A stretch of 64,000 nt of DNA. Origin: Octopus sinensis (taxonomy: Eukaryota). The position numbers and the translations under genes were made by a program. Position 1 is the first letter of the stretch, and each line of letters starts with the position of its first letter. Positions 1 through 12,746 of this stretch are shown piece by piece. The notes below the pieces were generated by a model. That model saw nothing but the letters and a program-made list of their open reading frames with translations, searched no databases and was not told the origin of the DNA. The stretch is taken from positions 29,698,001 to 29,762,000 of the forward strand of contig NC_043020.1 in NCBI RefSeq assembly GCF_006345805.1. The letters run 5' to 3'.

Positions 1-390
1 TTTTTTCTTTCACAACTGTGTGAAAGTACAATGTCCTGTTGAACTGTGTGTGATAAATTTGTTTTAAACCAGTCAAATTGGTAGAGCAAGCTTAAACCCA
101 GAGAAAAGAAGTGACTAAATGCCAAAGTGAATGGTTGAAAATTTGTCACTTCACTCACAACATCCCTTGTGGAGCAGAATCATTCATTAATGGGTGAAAT
201 AATTTTACAGTTAATAGCTGGATGCTCAGAACGGTTAAATACAACCGGTTGCTGCTTATTAAACAAACTCTTCCTGTTCTTTGTTGGACACTTTCATCTT
301 CAGGCAACAAAAATGCAAGAAAACATATTGATGATGATGATATATATGTGTGTGTGTATGTATATATATATGAATGATTTTATATATATA

Positions 391-433
<43 letters not shown>

Positions 434-434
434 A

Positions 435-464
<30 letters not shown>

Positions 465-471
<7 letters not shown>

Positions 472-656
472 TCCCCCTAGCATTGCTTGACAACCGATGC
501 TGGTGTGTTTATGTCCCCGTTACTTAGCGGTTCGGCAAAGAGACCGATAGAATAAGTACTGGGCTTACGAAAGAATAAGACCCGGGGTCGAGTTGCTCGA
601 TTAAAGGCGGTGCTCCAGCATGGCCGCATTCAAATGACTGAAACAAGTAAAAGAGT
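465..656 (+). mobile_element. SINE family A, 3' half (tail type A1)
   Basis: TTTGTCCCCCTAGCATTGCTTGACAACCG...GAAACAAGTAAAAGAG, near-identical to the 3' halves of the copies at 25409 and 41501. Confidence 0.85.
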
Positions 657-714
657 ATATATATAGACAAAACTATGTTAAAGCTGAAAAAAGTAACTGA
701 AAAGTTATTTTTAA

Positions 715-918
715 TACAGAAATTAAAATTTATTTATTGCTTTTGCAACATTTGTATTCTGAGAGTTTTATCCAATTCTGTAGAATATGACTGTTTGCAC
801 ACTGATGCATATGAACGGAAAATTTCGAGTTTATAGATGTTGGAATTCATCCAACTATTAAATCTAATGTAAAATGTCTGTCTTCCTCGGACCGGAATAA
901 CTGGAACGCTCCTTGGAA
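715..918 (-). other. Candidate terminal exon of a divergent spliced transcript
   Basis: Minus-strand acceptor TTTTTATTTGTGTTCAACAG| before 918; overlapping AATAAA hexamers at 729-738 on the minus strand. No recognisable protein. Confidence 0.3.
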
Positions 919-1071
919 CTGTTGAACACAAATAAAAATCTGAAGCTGGAATAGAGATTAACAGAACTGTAGCCCTTCCATTAATCAACACCCTCACCTG
1001 TCACACCTGAAATACTGAGGTTTCACTTTATAATCCATCTGTTGCTCTGACAACTCTGTAAATTGGCCACA

Positions 1072-1733
1072 CACTGTGGTGAGGGTTGTTGCACTCATAA
1101 CCATTAGATTGTGGTTTCCATTCTTGGATTGGGCAATGCACTGTGGTGAGGGTTGTTGCACTCATAACCATTAGATTGTGGTTTCCATTCTTGGATTGGG
1201 CAATGCACTGTGGTGAGGGTTGTTGCACTCATAACCATTAGATTGTGGTTTCCATTCTTGGATTGGGCAATGCACTGTGGTGAGGGTTGTTGCACTCATA
1301 CCATTAGATTGTGGTTTCCATTCTTGGAGGGCAATGCACTTGTGGAGGGTTGTTGCACTCATAACCATTAGATGTGGTTTCCATTCTTGGATTGGGCAAT
1401 GCACTGTGGTGAGGGTTGTTGCACTCATAACCATTAGATTGTGGTTTCCATTCTTGATTGGGCAATGCACTGTGGTGAGGGTTGTTGTACTCATAACCAT
1501 TAGATTGTGGTTTCCATTCTTGGATTGGGCAATGCACTGTGGTGAGGGTTGTTGCACTCATAACCATTAGATTGTGGTTTCCATTCTTGGATTGGGCAAT
1601 GCACTGTGGTGAGGGTTGTTGCACTCATAACCATTAGATTGTGGTTTCCATTCTTGGATTGGGCAATGCACTGTGGTGAGGGTTGTTGCACTCATAACCA
1701 TTAGATTGTGGTTTCCATTCTTGGATTGGGCAA
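1072..1733 (+). repeat. 67-bp minisatellite, ~10 tandem copies, derived from a SINE tRNA-like head
   Basis: Unit CACTGTGGTGAGGGTTGTTGCACTCATAACCATTAGATTGTGGTTTCCATTCTTGGATTGGGCAATG. Outer copies are essentially identical; middle copies carry small indels. Aligns to the SINE head at ~53700-53770. Confidence 0.95.
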
Positions 1734-1776
1734 AACCCTTCATTTCATGTTACTCTGCAATTACTTTGGCACTGTG

Positions 1777-2070
1777 CATCATCATCATCATCATCATCAT
1801 TCGACTGTGGTCGAGACAATGGAATTTACTATGTTACGCCAGACTTGACGGTCCATCATAGCATTACGGAGGTCCTATTGCTGGATGCCTGTATCCCTGG
1901 AGATTACATCAGGGTAGGAGAGTGTGCACCCTCTGGTATCGCAAGCAGATGCCTTCCAGAGGAGAAGAGTAGAAATTACCTCGTTTTCAGCTCTACAACA
2001 ATGTCCAGCAAACTGGACTCTTCTACCTTTTACAAGAGATGATACAGGTGGTAGTTTCCCATATATTTGC
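1777..2070 (-). mobile_element. 5'-truncated RTE-clade LINE, ORF2 C-terminus plus (TGA)n tail
   Basis: Minus frame reads IYGKLPPVSSLVKGRRVQFAGHCCR...LLLWK...YPDVISRDTG...*DLRNAMMDRQVWRNIV, matching RTE/RTEX C-terminal motifs (RRLxFAGHCxR; DRxxWR). One in-frame stop; tandem ATG/TGA tail at 1777-1800. Confidence 0.85.
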
Positions 2071-2129
2071 ACCGGTGCAAGCAATGTTGATTTGATGGAG
2101 GGAATGAGGTAACATATGCCGCTATAAAC

Positions 2130-2381
2130 CAGGGGTTCTCAACCAGTGTCCATATGGCTCTTGGGGGCCATATAAGATTTTGTTGTTAATATTTATCTGC
2201 AAGAAGTTGATTATGGTTCTATGTTACACCAAATATTGTAACAAATGTTTATAATACAATTACTAATGATAATTATTTGTAAAAAAATATAAGAGGATTT
2301 ATTTTTACATTGAATGGTTATGAGGGTCCACCTGAGTAGAATAGGAATCAGAAGGGTCTGGAAAATGGTTGAGAACCATTG
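2130..2381. mobile_element. hAT (Charlie-like) MITE with 8-bp target-site duplication
   Basis: TIRs CAGGGGTTCTCAACC / GGTTGAGAACCATTG; perfect TSD CTATAAAC at 2122-2129 and 2382-2389. Confidence 0.9.
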
Positions 2382-3296
2382 CTATAAACAAATCATCTGT
2401 TCAGGTTGTTTAGCAAAGAAGTTGCAGAACCCTCAACAGGAGAGTCCACAATAAAGGCATGCGCACCGTTTAAACCCTTTCCTCCCATCTTTATGCCCTT
2501 GAATAACTCCTATGGTATTCTCAGCTAATTAATAAAAAAACTATCAAGTCTATACTCTGTTTTATGTATTGAGTTCTCTTCCTTCTGTTTGTAAAGCAAA
2601 TGTACTTATTTATGTACATAGTTTCTTTCTACTAAATTCCACTCCCAGGGTATTGGTCAACCCAACACCAGAGTAGAAAGCACTTGTCCAAAGTTCTGCT
2701 TAGTGGGATAGAACCTGAAACTGTGTGGTTGTGAAGCCAACTTCTTAACCACACGATGACCATACCTGTACCTACGATGCAACTTCTAAATCTTGATGTT
2801 TCCTGTTGAACTTGAGTTTAAAGTCAGCGTCTTTCATTGTCCTCATTTGCAAAGGTCCCTGCACCAAAATACCTCAACACTTTATCATGCAAACCAATGA
2901 CGCAACTTCTATCTTATCAACCAGCCTACTAGAAATAGCGACCAGATTTGCCTCAGGCTATATTCTACTATCTTAAAAAAACAAGATGATCACAGCAAGA
3001 ACACCTTTGATAAGTATGCTCAGTCAGGGCTGACCTAGGGTTAAACAACAACTTCTTATCATTGTTTGCTAAGATATCCCAATTTTTGCTTATCTTTCCC
3101 CAACCAGTTCATACTGATATGAACTCACCTACCCACCACCCAAGTGTGTGTCTGTATGTCTGCCCCCCCCTCTCTCTCTCTCTCTCCTTATCATCCATAT
3201 ACCCTGGGGTAATGTTTATACCTATTTTATTGACTCTAGTGTAATAATAATAAAAAACAAAATTTTTTAAGAGAGAAAAAAAATTAAGTGAATCAC

Positions 3297-3454
3297 CTGA
3301 CAAAACCCGAAATCTGGTACCAACATGTCTTTCGTGCGAAAACAGTATCAGGTGAATGAAGGTGAGTTCTGTACATCATCGCTTTAATTAATGAAAACTT
3401 AATGAACTTGATCGTATTTTGTTGATGATGAATAATCCTGGATGGACTTTTAAC
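3297..3454 (-). other. Candidate internal exon (158 nt) of a divergent transcript
   Basis: Minus-strand acceptor TTTCTTTGGTTCTCTTCAG| and donor CAG|GTGATT bracket non-repetitive sequence; one frame is open throughout. Confidence 0.4.
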
Positions 3455-5018
3455 CTGAAGAGAACCAAAGAAACATTTAAGAGAAATTTCAGGGCTGTAT
3501 TTGTCTGGCAAGGGATTTGATCCGAGACCCCTGTGTTGAGAGAAATCCCCAGGTTAAACTCACTGATTAATATCTGCTGCAGACCAGTGTTGGCCTACCC
3601 AGGGTATATAGTTTGCTATGCAATGTCTTTGCCTTCTTTGGCCAAAAATCACCTGATTGGCACAGTTCTGAGGCTTAAAAAACTTCTAATGAACTGTCCA
3701 ACCCATGCCAGCATGGAAAACAGACATTTTATAGCTGTGGTGGTTGTTGTTGGTTAGACCTAGGTCATCCCTAATCAAGCAACCCTGTGACCAAAGCTGT
3801 TCTAACCATGACCATCTCTCATATATTTCTCTTGGACTACATTATCCAATGAGTCCTGGTCGTGGGTTCTGTTTTTGGACTTGGTGCCAGCATATTGTGT
3901 CCTTGAGCAAGACTTTTCATTTCACGTCACCTCAGTCTACTCAACTGTAAAAAAGGTACCACTCAATCACTGGTGCAACTCCCACCAGCTGTCACATCAT
4001 GGATAATATTTCACAGGGTCTAGGATAAGAGGGTACCAAGAGTGTCTTCTCTCTGTTACACAGGCACATGAAACAATTAGCCAAAGCCTGGTACCATGTT
4101 AGTCAAGCCATACTTGCTCACAAACAATGGCTGTACTGCACTTGTGCTATAATGAGATGTGGTTGCCACTTGTGGAAGGTCAAGTATGTAGAGGCTTGCC
4201 AATTGGCTTGTCATAGGATTATACATAATATATATAACGGTATTAAGTTTATACATCCTTAACCTCATCACAGACACAGTTTCCACAGCATCTGTTGATG
4301 CAGTACGAAATAAAATCTAATGAAGATGAATTTGTAACAACAGATATCTCTCGGTTTTAAATGGCCATCATAATTCTGCCATAATGTGATTGATTTCTAA
4401 AATCATCCAGAGTACATACACGCGTGTATACATACACATGTACACACAGACAGACACACACGTCCATATAGATCTCGTTTAATGTATCAGTTTCAGAATG
4501 GCCACAAACACATAAAACAAATGAAAATCCAATACAGAAGCTGAATTGCCTCCCCAAATAGATACGAAGAACAGAGAGGGAGACACTGTGCAATGATTTG
4601 CCAACCAGGCCGTGGCAAGCCGTTCTCTCTTTCATAGACATGTAGTAATGAAAAAGCTGGCCGTTATATCATTGCATATATTTATTGATAACACAGCAAC
4701 GGATATATTTGTTTGCTGCTGGGTTATCACCAACAAAACAAAGTACATAGTGGTTATTGGTTTTGTTTTTAGTTGGATGACGATGATGATGATGATGATG
4801 ATGCATCGTTGCAAGTGAGAGGTAATCGTGACTTTTAGGTTCTGTTTTTGCTTATTTATTAAATTTTTTTTTTTTGTAATATCTTTATGAAACTCAACTT
4901 GACCTGTCTTCTAAGTTGCCAACATTTCTGAGTGAATTGCTTATAACTAACGATTACCAGCATCAGTCGAAAGCAATTTATTCCCAAAATGCTGTGAATT
5001 CATTTGATTGTATATACA

Positions 5019-5432
5019 TAGGAGTGGCTGTGTGGTAAGTAGCTTGCTAACCAATCACATGGTTCCAGGTTCAGTCCCACTGCATGGCACCTTGGGCAAG
5101 TGTCTTCTAACATAGCCAAGGGTCAACCAAAGCCTTCTGAGTGGATTTGGTAGATGGAAACTGAAATAAGTCTGACATGTGTGTGTGTGTATGTGTGCTT
5201 GTGTGTGTATGTGTGTTGTGTGTGTGTGACCTCATCTAGACATCATGTGACGGTTGCAAATGATCATCATCGTCATCATACAACCAAAGTTGTTTGTTTC
5301 CTGTCTTCCATGAAGAACATGCCTGGCCACAGGAATAGGGTTGGGCTGTAGAAAATCTGCCTCCAAACATTTGTCTGACCCATACAATCATGGAAAAGTG
5401 GGCATCAAATGATGACAAATGATGATGACGAT
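5019..5432 (+). mobile_element. SINE family A (tRNA-derived head, RTE-like tail type A2)
   Basis: Head GGAGTGGCTGTGTGGTAAG (A box) ... GGTTCAGTCCC (B box) ... CCTTGGGCAAGTG; tail GACCCAT...CATGGAAAAGTGG...ATGATG. Confidence 0.85.
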
Positions 5433-5914
5433 AATGCCTCTCGCTTCGATATGATATAGAACAGGCTTAATAAGCTTAAAACCATCTCTTATTTTATTAA
5501 ACATGGCAATATGCCTGCCTTCCTTTCAATTCTCTCACACCACCACCCTGAAGTGGGTGAGGCTGCAGCCACCCCCTTTTCCATGAGAAACGCTGCTCTA
5601 AAAGATTACATCAATACTGCTAAAAAACCATCGTTCTGTTGTAGTAATAACTCATCCAAAAGAATATGGCCCATAAAATTATTGGCTTCAGATATTGATC
5701 TCCGGAGTCTAGTGCGGAATTAATACTGTTGTTTGACCTTTGGTCAACTCTGATCAAGCAGAATCTGTGATGGAAGACATTCCAGCCATGAACATCCTGT
5801 CTGTTTAAGAGTAGCTTGGACAACATTATTTAATGAAAGGAAAGCTTAACAGTACTCTAAATGTATGAAACAAGGACTAATAATGTCTATATATATATAT
5901 ATATATATATATTA

Positions 5915-6103
5915 TGCTGGTGGCATGTAAAAAGCACCCACTACACTCACGGAGTGGTTGGCATTAGGAAGGGCATCCAGCAGTAGAAACTCTGCCAAAT
6001 CAGACTGGAGCCTGGTGCAGCCTCCTGGCTTCCCAGACCCCAGTCGAACCGTCCAACCCATGCTAGCATGGAAAAACCGACGTTAAACGATGATGATGAT
6101 GAT
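5915..6103 (+). mobile_element. SINE/non-autonomous retroposon family C, 3' part
   Basis: GGAGTGGTTGGCATTAGGAAGGGCATCCAG...CCAACCCATGCTAGCATGG...(GAT)n tail, recurrent in the window. Confidence 0.8.
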
Positions 6104-7171
6104 ATACCATCATGTGATTCACAGAAGACATGCTTGACAATCTAACGTCTAAATAATGTATACAACCCACCAACAATTAAGCTACAAATAACTAATTAAA
6201 AAGTCTGAAAACGAGGATGGTCATTTAGGACAAACTTACGAGAATGCACATAGGACAGGCAAAGGATTAAGGGAGATGTGGCTTGTATTGGAGATCTTCC
6301 AACCATGGCCACTCTGTCGTTTCTCTTTTATATGCAAGCAATTCAAGACCAAATTACAGTGTTATTTGGGAGAGATTTAGCTGCTATTTCTCGTCAGTCA
6401 AATAATCCCCCACCACAGAGGTTTTTCATTAATTATAGAAGTGATAGACTTTTCATATGATTTGGTTGTTCAAAGAGGAAATTAAAAAATATAAAAATAC
6501 AACTGGAAGAAGATTTGAAATACCTTTTTAATTCACATCCATCCCTACAATTCAGACATTAATTTTCTTTTGAAGCTGCTACTGCTACTATTTTTATTAT
6601 TATTATTATTATTATCATTATTATTGTTGTTGTTGTTGTGACTTATTATTGGTTTCCTATTGGTTTTAATTAATAATGGGATTGACCCCACTAAGTTTGT
6701 TTCATTAACATATTTTGTAGAACATAACTCTCTGCCTCCACATCTTTCTCATAAATCCTCATCATCATCATCATATTTTATTCATATTATCATTCATCAG
6801 AATCAAGAGACGAGGTGAGCAGCTCAATGTGGTCACTCAGTTTGCTGATCATAGCTGCTAAATCTTCTTCAAATCACATCCCCTGGTCATAAAAATGAAG
6901 TGACACCACTGGACATTTACTTATTTTAAGGGTCTCCATTGGTCAGATTTCAGTATACAGCAGCATCTACATACACAGACCTCGTTACTGATTTCTTTGT
7001 GGAAGGCTACCAGTTGCCCGTTCTGTCCAAGGGAAAGGCTTTTCTTAAAAGCCCACGGAGTTTGAGACAAGTATTGTTGTAGGCATTGTTGCCTGAAGCC
7101 AAAATCCCTTGCAGCTCTGTAAGGCCTCTTCTAACAATTCTATCAATTCTGCTTATTTGCAGCCCTTTTTT

Positions 7172-7365
7172 CATCATCATCATCATCATCGTTGTATAAT
7201 GTCCATCTTCCATATTGGCATGAGTTGGATGGTTTAAGATGATCTGATGGGCCCAAGGACTGCATTGTGCTCCTGTGCCTGCTTTGGCATGGTTTCTACA
7301 CCTGGATGCTCTTCCTAATGCCAACCACTTTATAGCTTGTACTGGATGCTTTTATCAAGCCATCA
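7172..7365 (-). mobile_element. Family C retroposon, reverse orientation
   Basis: (CAT)n followed by ...CTGGATGCTCTTCCTAATGCCAACCAC, the reverse complement of family C. Confidence 0.75.
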
Positions 7366-9285
7366 GCATGAATGAGACCACCATGCAGTTTGCAGGACCA
7401 TGAACCCTGAGGGGACAACTTTATGCTTGGAGATAAGGGATAAAAGAGGTGTAAAAGTACGAAACAGCTAGAACAGGATAGGTTTCTTGCTGTAGCAGAG
7501 GGACCACATGACCCTTCACATTTTAGAAGAGTGAATGCGAATGATTGGTTGGAACGGGAAAGCACCAAAAAAATAATGGTGATGCGGTGTCCCAATAGAC
7601 GTTTCAAGGTACAAGTGGGTAGAAATGAGTGAGGCAAGGGACCAGAAATGAGTGGAAGTAGTAGAAGATGAGTGATAGAGCAGAACAGCAGAATAGTAAC
7701 AATGAAACAGTAGACAGGAGACAGATGTGAGAGAGCATGTTGGATTGGTTGCAAGGAGTGACTGGGGAAGAGAGAATCATTATGTATATTTCATAATTCA
7801 AAAAAAAAAAAAAAATTATTCACATCTTGAAACAAAATTATGAAATTTTCTAATAAAAAAAAACTCATATACTCCTCAGACATTTGCTCGTTATTTTCAT
7901 CAAGATTCTGATAACATCTCTGCAATATCTTGCTTTTAATTAATTAGCAATAATTAACTAAATATGTAGACCCATCTGATATACTGTTTTAAGGAAGATT
8001 CTGGTTAAACCTTTATCATATGAATCAAGGAATAGGTATTCTCTACATTCTACATAGAAACTATTAAAAAGTTTATCATAATTACCATTTTACCACCAGT
8101 GGCTACTTTTGTTTATCTTGGGTTCTGTTCCTGCCAATTTGCTTATCTCCATGCTTAGGATCATCTTTATGTAGGGATAAATTCAAGTTCTTTTATCATA
8201 GCACTGAGTCAATGAAAGCTTTATAAGTGGATTTCGTAGACAGAAACTGAAAGAAGCCCATCAATGGGGGGAGAGGGGTACCTTTGTCCTGACGTCATCT
8301 GATTGATGTAAATGAGCATCACCATCATACATGTAATGCTTGTTTTGTCTTCTGCAAAGCATCCTGTCTAGCCATGGGGAAATAATACCTTGCGGGGTTG
8401 GTGACAGGAAGGGCATCTGGTCGTAGAAAATCTGCCTCAACAGATTCCATCTGACCCATGCAAGCATGGAAAAGTGGACATTAAATGATGGTGATGCCTG
8501 TTGTAGACAGAAATCTATTTTACAAGAATGGAGAAATGGTGCCTTTTTTATTTTATTTTTTTTATTTTATAGCAGGGCATTTCCAAACTAATCTCTTATC
8601 AGTGTTACATAGTTCAAAACCTTGGGCGTGTGTGGGGGTCATTGTGCCAATGAAAACACACACACAGACACTGGTTACATTCTAATTTCTTTATTTTTGG
8701 TTTCTTTCTTTTTTTTTTTTGGTGCATGTATTTTCATTTGCAAAATGGTCCTCCCACACGGTTTTGAACTATAATTATTTCAGCATTCTGTGTCCCATAA
8801 AGACATAAATAAATAAAAATTGCATGTTAAATAAAATATCAACTCTCTTGTTTTTGTTATTTTAAAAATGTACTTTAGGAAAAAATATTAAATATTTATT
8901 CTTGTTTTAATAATATTTTTGATTGTTTTTTTATGTTGTTGCTTTTGTCTTTCATGTACTTTCGGAAGAATAATTTAAACTCTAAAATGCTTCTGTTTTT
9001 AGAGAGATTACTCTCCTTTACAGATTCCTAATTAAAATATCCTTAATTGCAATGTACTTGGTCTGTTGGGGTGGCAGAGTTGGTAGAAGAACATCAAACC
9101 AAATTCCATGTGATATTTAAAGACATTCCCTTTCTGTTGGGAGTTCAAATCCCATAAAGGCTAACTCTGCTTATTCATCCTTTCTGGCACAACAAATTGA
9201 AGTACAACCAAAAAAAAAGTACCAGTCAAATTCTGGGGTCAATTTAATCAAGTGTTGTGCCAAAATTTGAAACCATTATTACTGA

Positions 9286-9490
9286 AGGTGGTGAGATGGC
9301 AGAATCGTTAGCACACCGGACGAAATGCTCAACAGCATTTCATTCGGCTTCAGGGTCTGAGTTCAAATTCTGCTGAGGTCAACTTTGCCTTTCATCCTTT
9401 CGGGGTCAATTAAATAAGTATCAGTTACAATTGACTTACGCCCTCACACGAAATTGCTGGCCTTGTGCCAAAATTTGAAATCCTTATTAA
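9286..9490 (+). mobile_element. SINE family B
   Basis: AAGGTGGTGAGATGGCAGAATCGTTAGCAC...GAGTTCAAATTC...GCCTTTCATCCTTTCGGGGTC. A degraded second copy lies just upstream (~9070-9280). Confidence 0.8.
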
Positions 9491-9889
9491 GCTGTTAATT
9501 GGAATGTTAATTATCCTGCAATATTGTTGGAAGGTTCACTTCAAAACAGGAAGGTTCCATCAAAGAATCGGGGGTGTCCCCAGGCAGGTCGGTATCATAA
9601 TGGTTAAAACTAAACTGGTTCCTCGTTGGCTGAAATCTAAAACAGTGCCCCAGCATGGCATCAGCTTTGGAAGGCTGGAACAGTTTCACATCTGTGGTTA
9701 TTATTCTGTGTTTTCACTCAAGTTTGCCAACTGTTGCTGTCAGGTTGTAGAATCTAAGTAGATGGGTTTTCCTGCTTCCATATGTGACTACACCCACCCA
9801 AAAATTGTTTTCACTCTTTGCGTAAACATCTGACTTCCATTTTCACTTTGAGTCTGTTATAAAACTAGGTTATTGCTGTGGTATGCAGG

Positions 9890-9996
9890 CATATATATAT
9901 ATATATATATACACCCACACACATATAAGATATATATAGTATATATGTAACATATATAAAGTATACACAATAGTACATGTATATGTAAGATATACA

Positions 9997-10028
<32 letters not shown>

Positions 10029-10550
10029 ATATGTATATGTAAGATATACATGTGTGTGTATATGTATGTATATGTAAGATATACATGTATATGTATATAT
10101 GTATGTATATATAAGATAAACATGTGTGTGTGTATGTATATGTAAGATATACATGTATATGTATATATGTATGTATATATAAGATAAACATGTGTGTGTG
10201 TATGTATATGTAAGATATACATGTATATGTATATATGTATGTATATGTAAGATATACATGTATATGTATATATGTATGTATATGTAAGATATACATGTAT
10301 ATGTATATATGTATGTATATGTAAGATATACATGTATATGTATATATGTATGTATATGTAAGATATACATGTATATGTATATATGTATGTATATGTAAGA
10401 TATACATGTATATGTATATATGTATGTATATGTAAGATATACATGTATATGTATATATGTATGTATATGTAAGATATACATGTTTATGTATATATGTATG
10501 TATATATATGATATACATGTGTGCGTGTGTATACATATATATATATATAT
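9890..10550. repeat. Microsatellite-derived minisatellite, 37-bp unit
   Basis: GTAAGATATACATGTATATGTATATATGTATGTATAT repeated perfectly about 7 times (~10210-10480), with variant units on both sides. Confidence 0.9.
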
Positions 10551-10896
10551 AAATGATGAGAAAATTCATGTAAGTGGTGCTGAACAACACTGGGAGCTTT
10601 TAAGGTCACCTGCTGCTGAAGGTTTTAATTTGTTTTTATATAGAACAAAGTGTTTATGAAATTCTGTTTTGTGAGGTAATTGAAGGAAAACAGAATATTT
10701 AACATCTCATTATTAGACATCAGTTGTGTTTGTATGCAACCAAGCTAATGATGTTGGAATCTGTTTATTTTCCTAATTACTAAATTACAGCAATGACAAA
10801 ACAGTGGAGCTCGTTGTGACACCATCATCGTCAATGTCAGTCATCAATTAATGTTGGTCTTCCAGGCTGGGCTGGCGTTGATTGGATGCTTTGAGA

Positions 10897-11300
10897 GAAG
10901 GTGGTGAGCTGGCAGAATTGTTAGCACGCCGGGCGAAATGCGTAGCCGTATTTCGTCTGCTACTACGTTCTGAGTTCAAATTCCACCGAGGTCGACTTTG
11001 CCTTTCATCCTTTCGAGGTCGATAAATTAAATACCAGTTACACACTGGGGCCGATGTAATTGACTTGTTCCGTTTGTCTGTCCTTGTTTAGCCCCTTGTG
11101 GGTAGTAAAGAAATAGGTATTTCGTCTGCCGCTATGTTCTGAGTTCAAATTCCACTGAGCTTGACTTTGCTTTTCATCCTTTCGGGGTCAATAAATTAAG
11201 TACCAGTTACGCACTGGGGTCAATGTAATCGACTTAATCCGTTTGTCTGTCCTTGTTTGTCCCCTCTGTGTTTAGCCCCTTGTGGGTAGTAAAGAAATAG
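10897..11300 (+). mobile_element. SINE family B with tandemly duplicated body
   Basis: Full copy ending AAAGAAATAG at ~11115, immediately followed by a second TATTTCGTCTGC...AAAGAAATAG body. Confidence 0.85.
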
Positions 11301-11436
11301 ATTTGAGAGAAGCTAGTGAGCTTGAGGCCTGCCCCAAGCACTGCTGTTGGTATGGTCCCTATGGCTGAATGCCCTTCCTTATGCCCACCACTTTATAGAA
11401 TGTGCTGGGTTCTTTTGATACATAGTACCAACACCA

Positions 11437-11592
11437 GCAAGCATGGGTTGGACGGTTTGACATACAGCTGGCTAGCAGGGAGCTGTCCATACCCCAATTG
11501 TCTGTTGTGGTATGGTTTCTACAGCTAGATCCCCTTCCTAATGCCAACCTCTTAACAGAGTGTGTTGGGTGCTTTTTACATACCACAGGCAC
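11437..11592 (-). mobile_element. Family C retroposon, reverse orientation
   Basis: GCATGGGTTGGACGGTTTGAC...CCCTTCCTAATGCCAACC...GTGCTTTTTAC. Confidence 0.75.
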
Positions 11593-11727
11593 ATTAACGT
11601 AGAACCGGCACAGGTGTGTTAACACAACACGTGAAAGGACAAGCCTGTATGTGTGGAAAACAGTGATTTTAATTAGCTTGATGCCTCTTATCAGGTACAG
11701 CAAATCACAACATCTCTTGGTCCAGAA

Positions 11728-11825
11728 TGTATTTTATGCACATCGAATGGCTATGGAAGTCCAGTAGAGTAAAATGGGAATCCAAGGGGGTCCATGGGTT
11801 AAAAAAAAGGGTTGAGAATCACTAC
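11728..11825. mobile_element. hAT MITE fragment (right end)
   Basis: GAATGGCTATGG...GGGGTCCATGG...GGTTGAGAATCACT, homologous to 2310-2381. Confidence 0.65.
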
Positions 11826-12129
11826 TGCAGAGGGAGTTATTTGTACAGTTTGAAGGACTTTTGTCAGTTTTAAACAAATTATGCCCTCTCTTGCGCTACT
11901 CTTTGTGCGATGCTTATACATCTCTCTCAGAGCAGAAATATTTTTCTTCAGAATCATTTGGAGACTAAAGGGGTTTAAATATAGGAAAAACTGCTTGTGA
12001 GGGTTCGATTCTTATCCAAGCGTGTAAATGTGTGTTGTTGAGCCTCAGGGCGGCACTAGATCAGCAGATCCTTCGTCGAAAGTTTTTAAGTCGCAGCCAC
12101 ATCCTATATACACCTAAGTGTACCTAGGA

Positions 12130-12714
12130 TAATATTAGCCAATGTACTCTTACGCTTTTAAGAGAGAAGAGTGCATTTGAATGAAATAGAACTATTGTTT
12201 CTAGTAGGTTGGACGGCCGCAAAAAGGCTCCCACGCTGGCTCGGGTATATAGCGCGTATGTGTGTATGTATGTGTCAGTATGTGTAGTGGGCGGGTATAG
12301 GAGATGGCATACCTATCAAATACACGGTGTGTGCGCGCGGGTGCGAGCGGTTTTGTTGGTTTAACACAGCGGAAGATGATAAAAACAAGATTGAATAAAA
12401 AAAATCTCCCACCCGCTTTTCTATGCAACATTTTCCCAAATCCCGCCCCCCACCCGCCGAGACACACACGACTCCGTTTAAAAAAAAGGAAAGCAAACCT
12501 GGCACCTTCTGCACTCCCATCCACCCGGAATACCCACAGCCCTCCTCCGCCGCCACCCTCTTTCTCTTCCCAATTCCGAACCCTCGTCTTCTCACCCCTT
12601 TTCCCCGTTTCACTCTCTAACTATCACTTTCTCTGTCGTTGGTGGTGGTCGTGGTGGTGATGGTATAGGTACGGCTGACTGACTCACTTCGAATCGCCCT
12701 TTCTCTCTCTCTGC

Positions 12715-12746
<32 letters not shown>

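Noticed and set aside
1028-1733. CRISPR-like array or repeat-protein ORFs
   Set aside because: Units are contiguous with no unique spacers and no cas genes, in a eukaryotic context. The 67-bp period is not a multiple of 3, so the ORFs are artefacts.
9857-10590. Long ORFs of 195-241 aa (YIHIHT-rich)
   Set aside because: Translations of a TA/TG minisatellite, open in all three minus frames.
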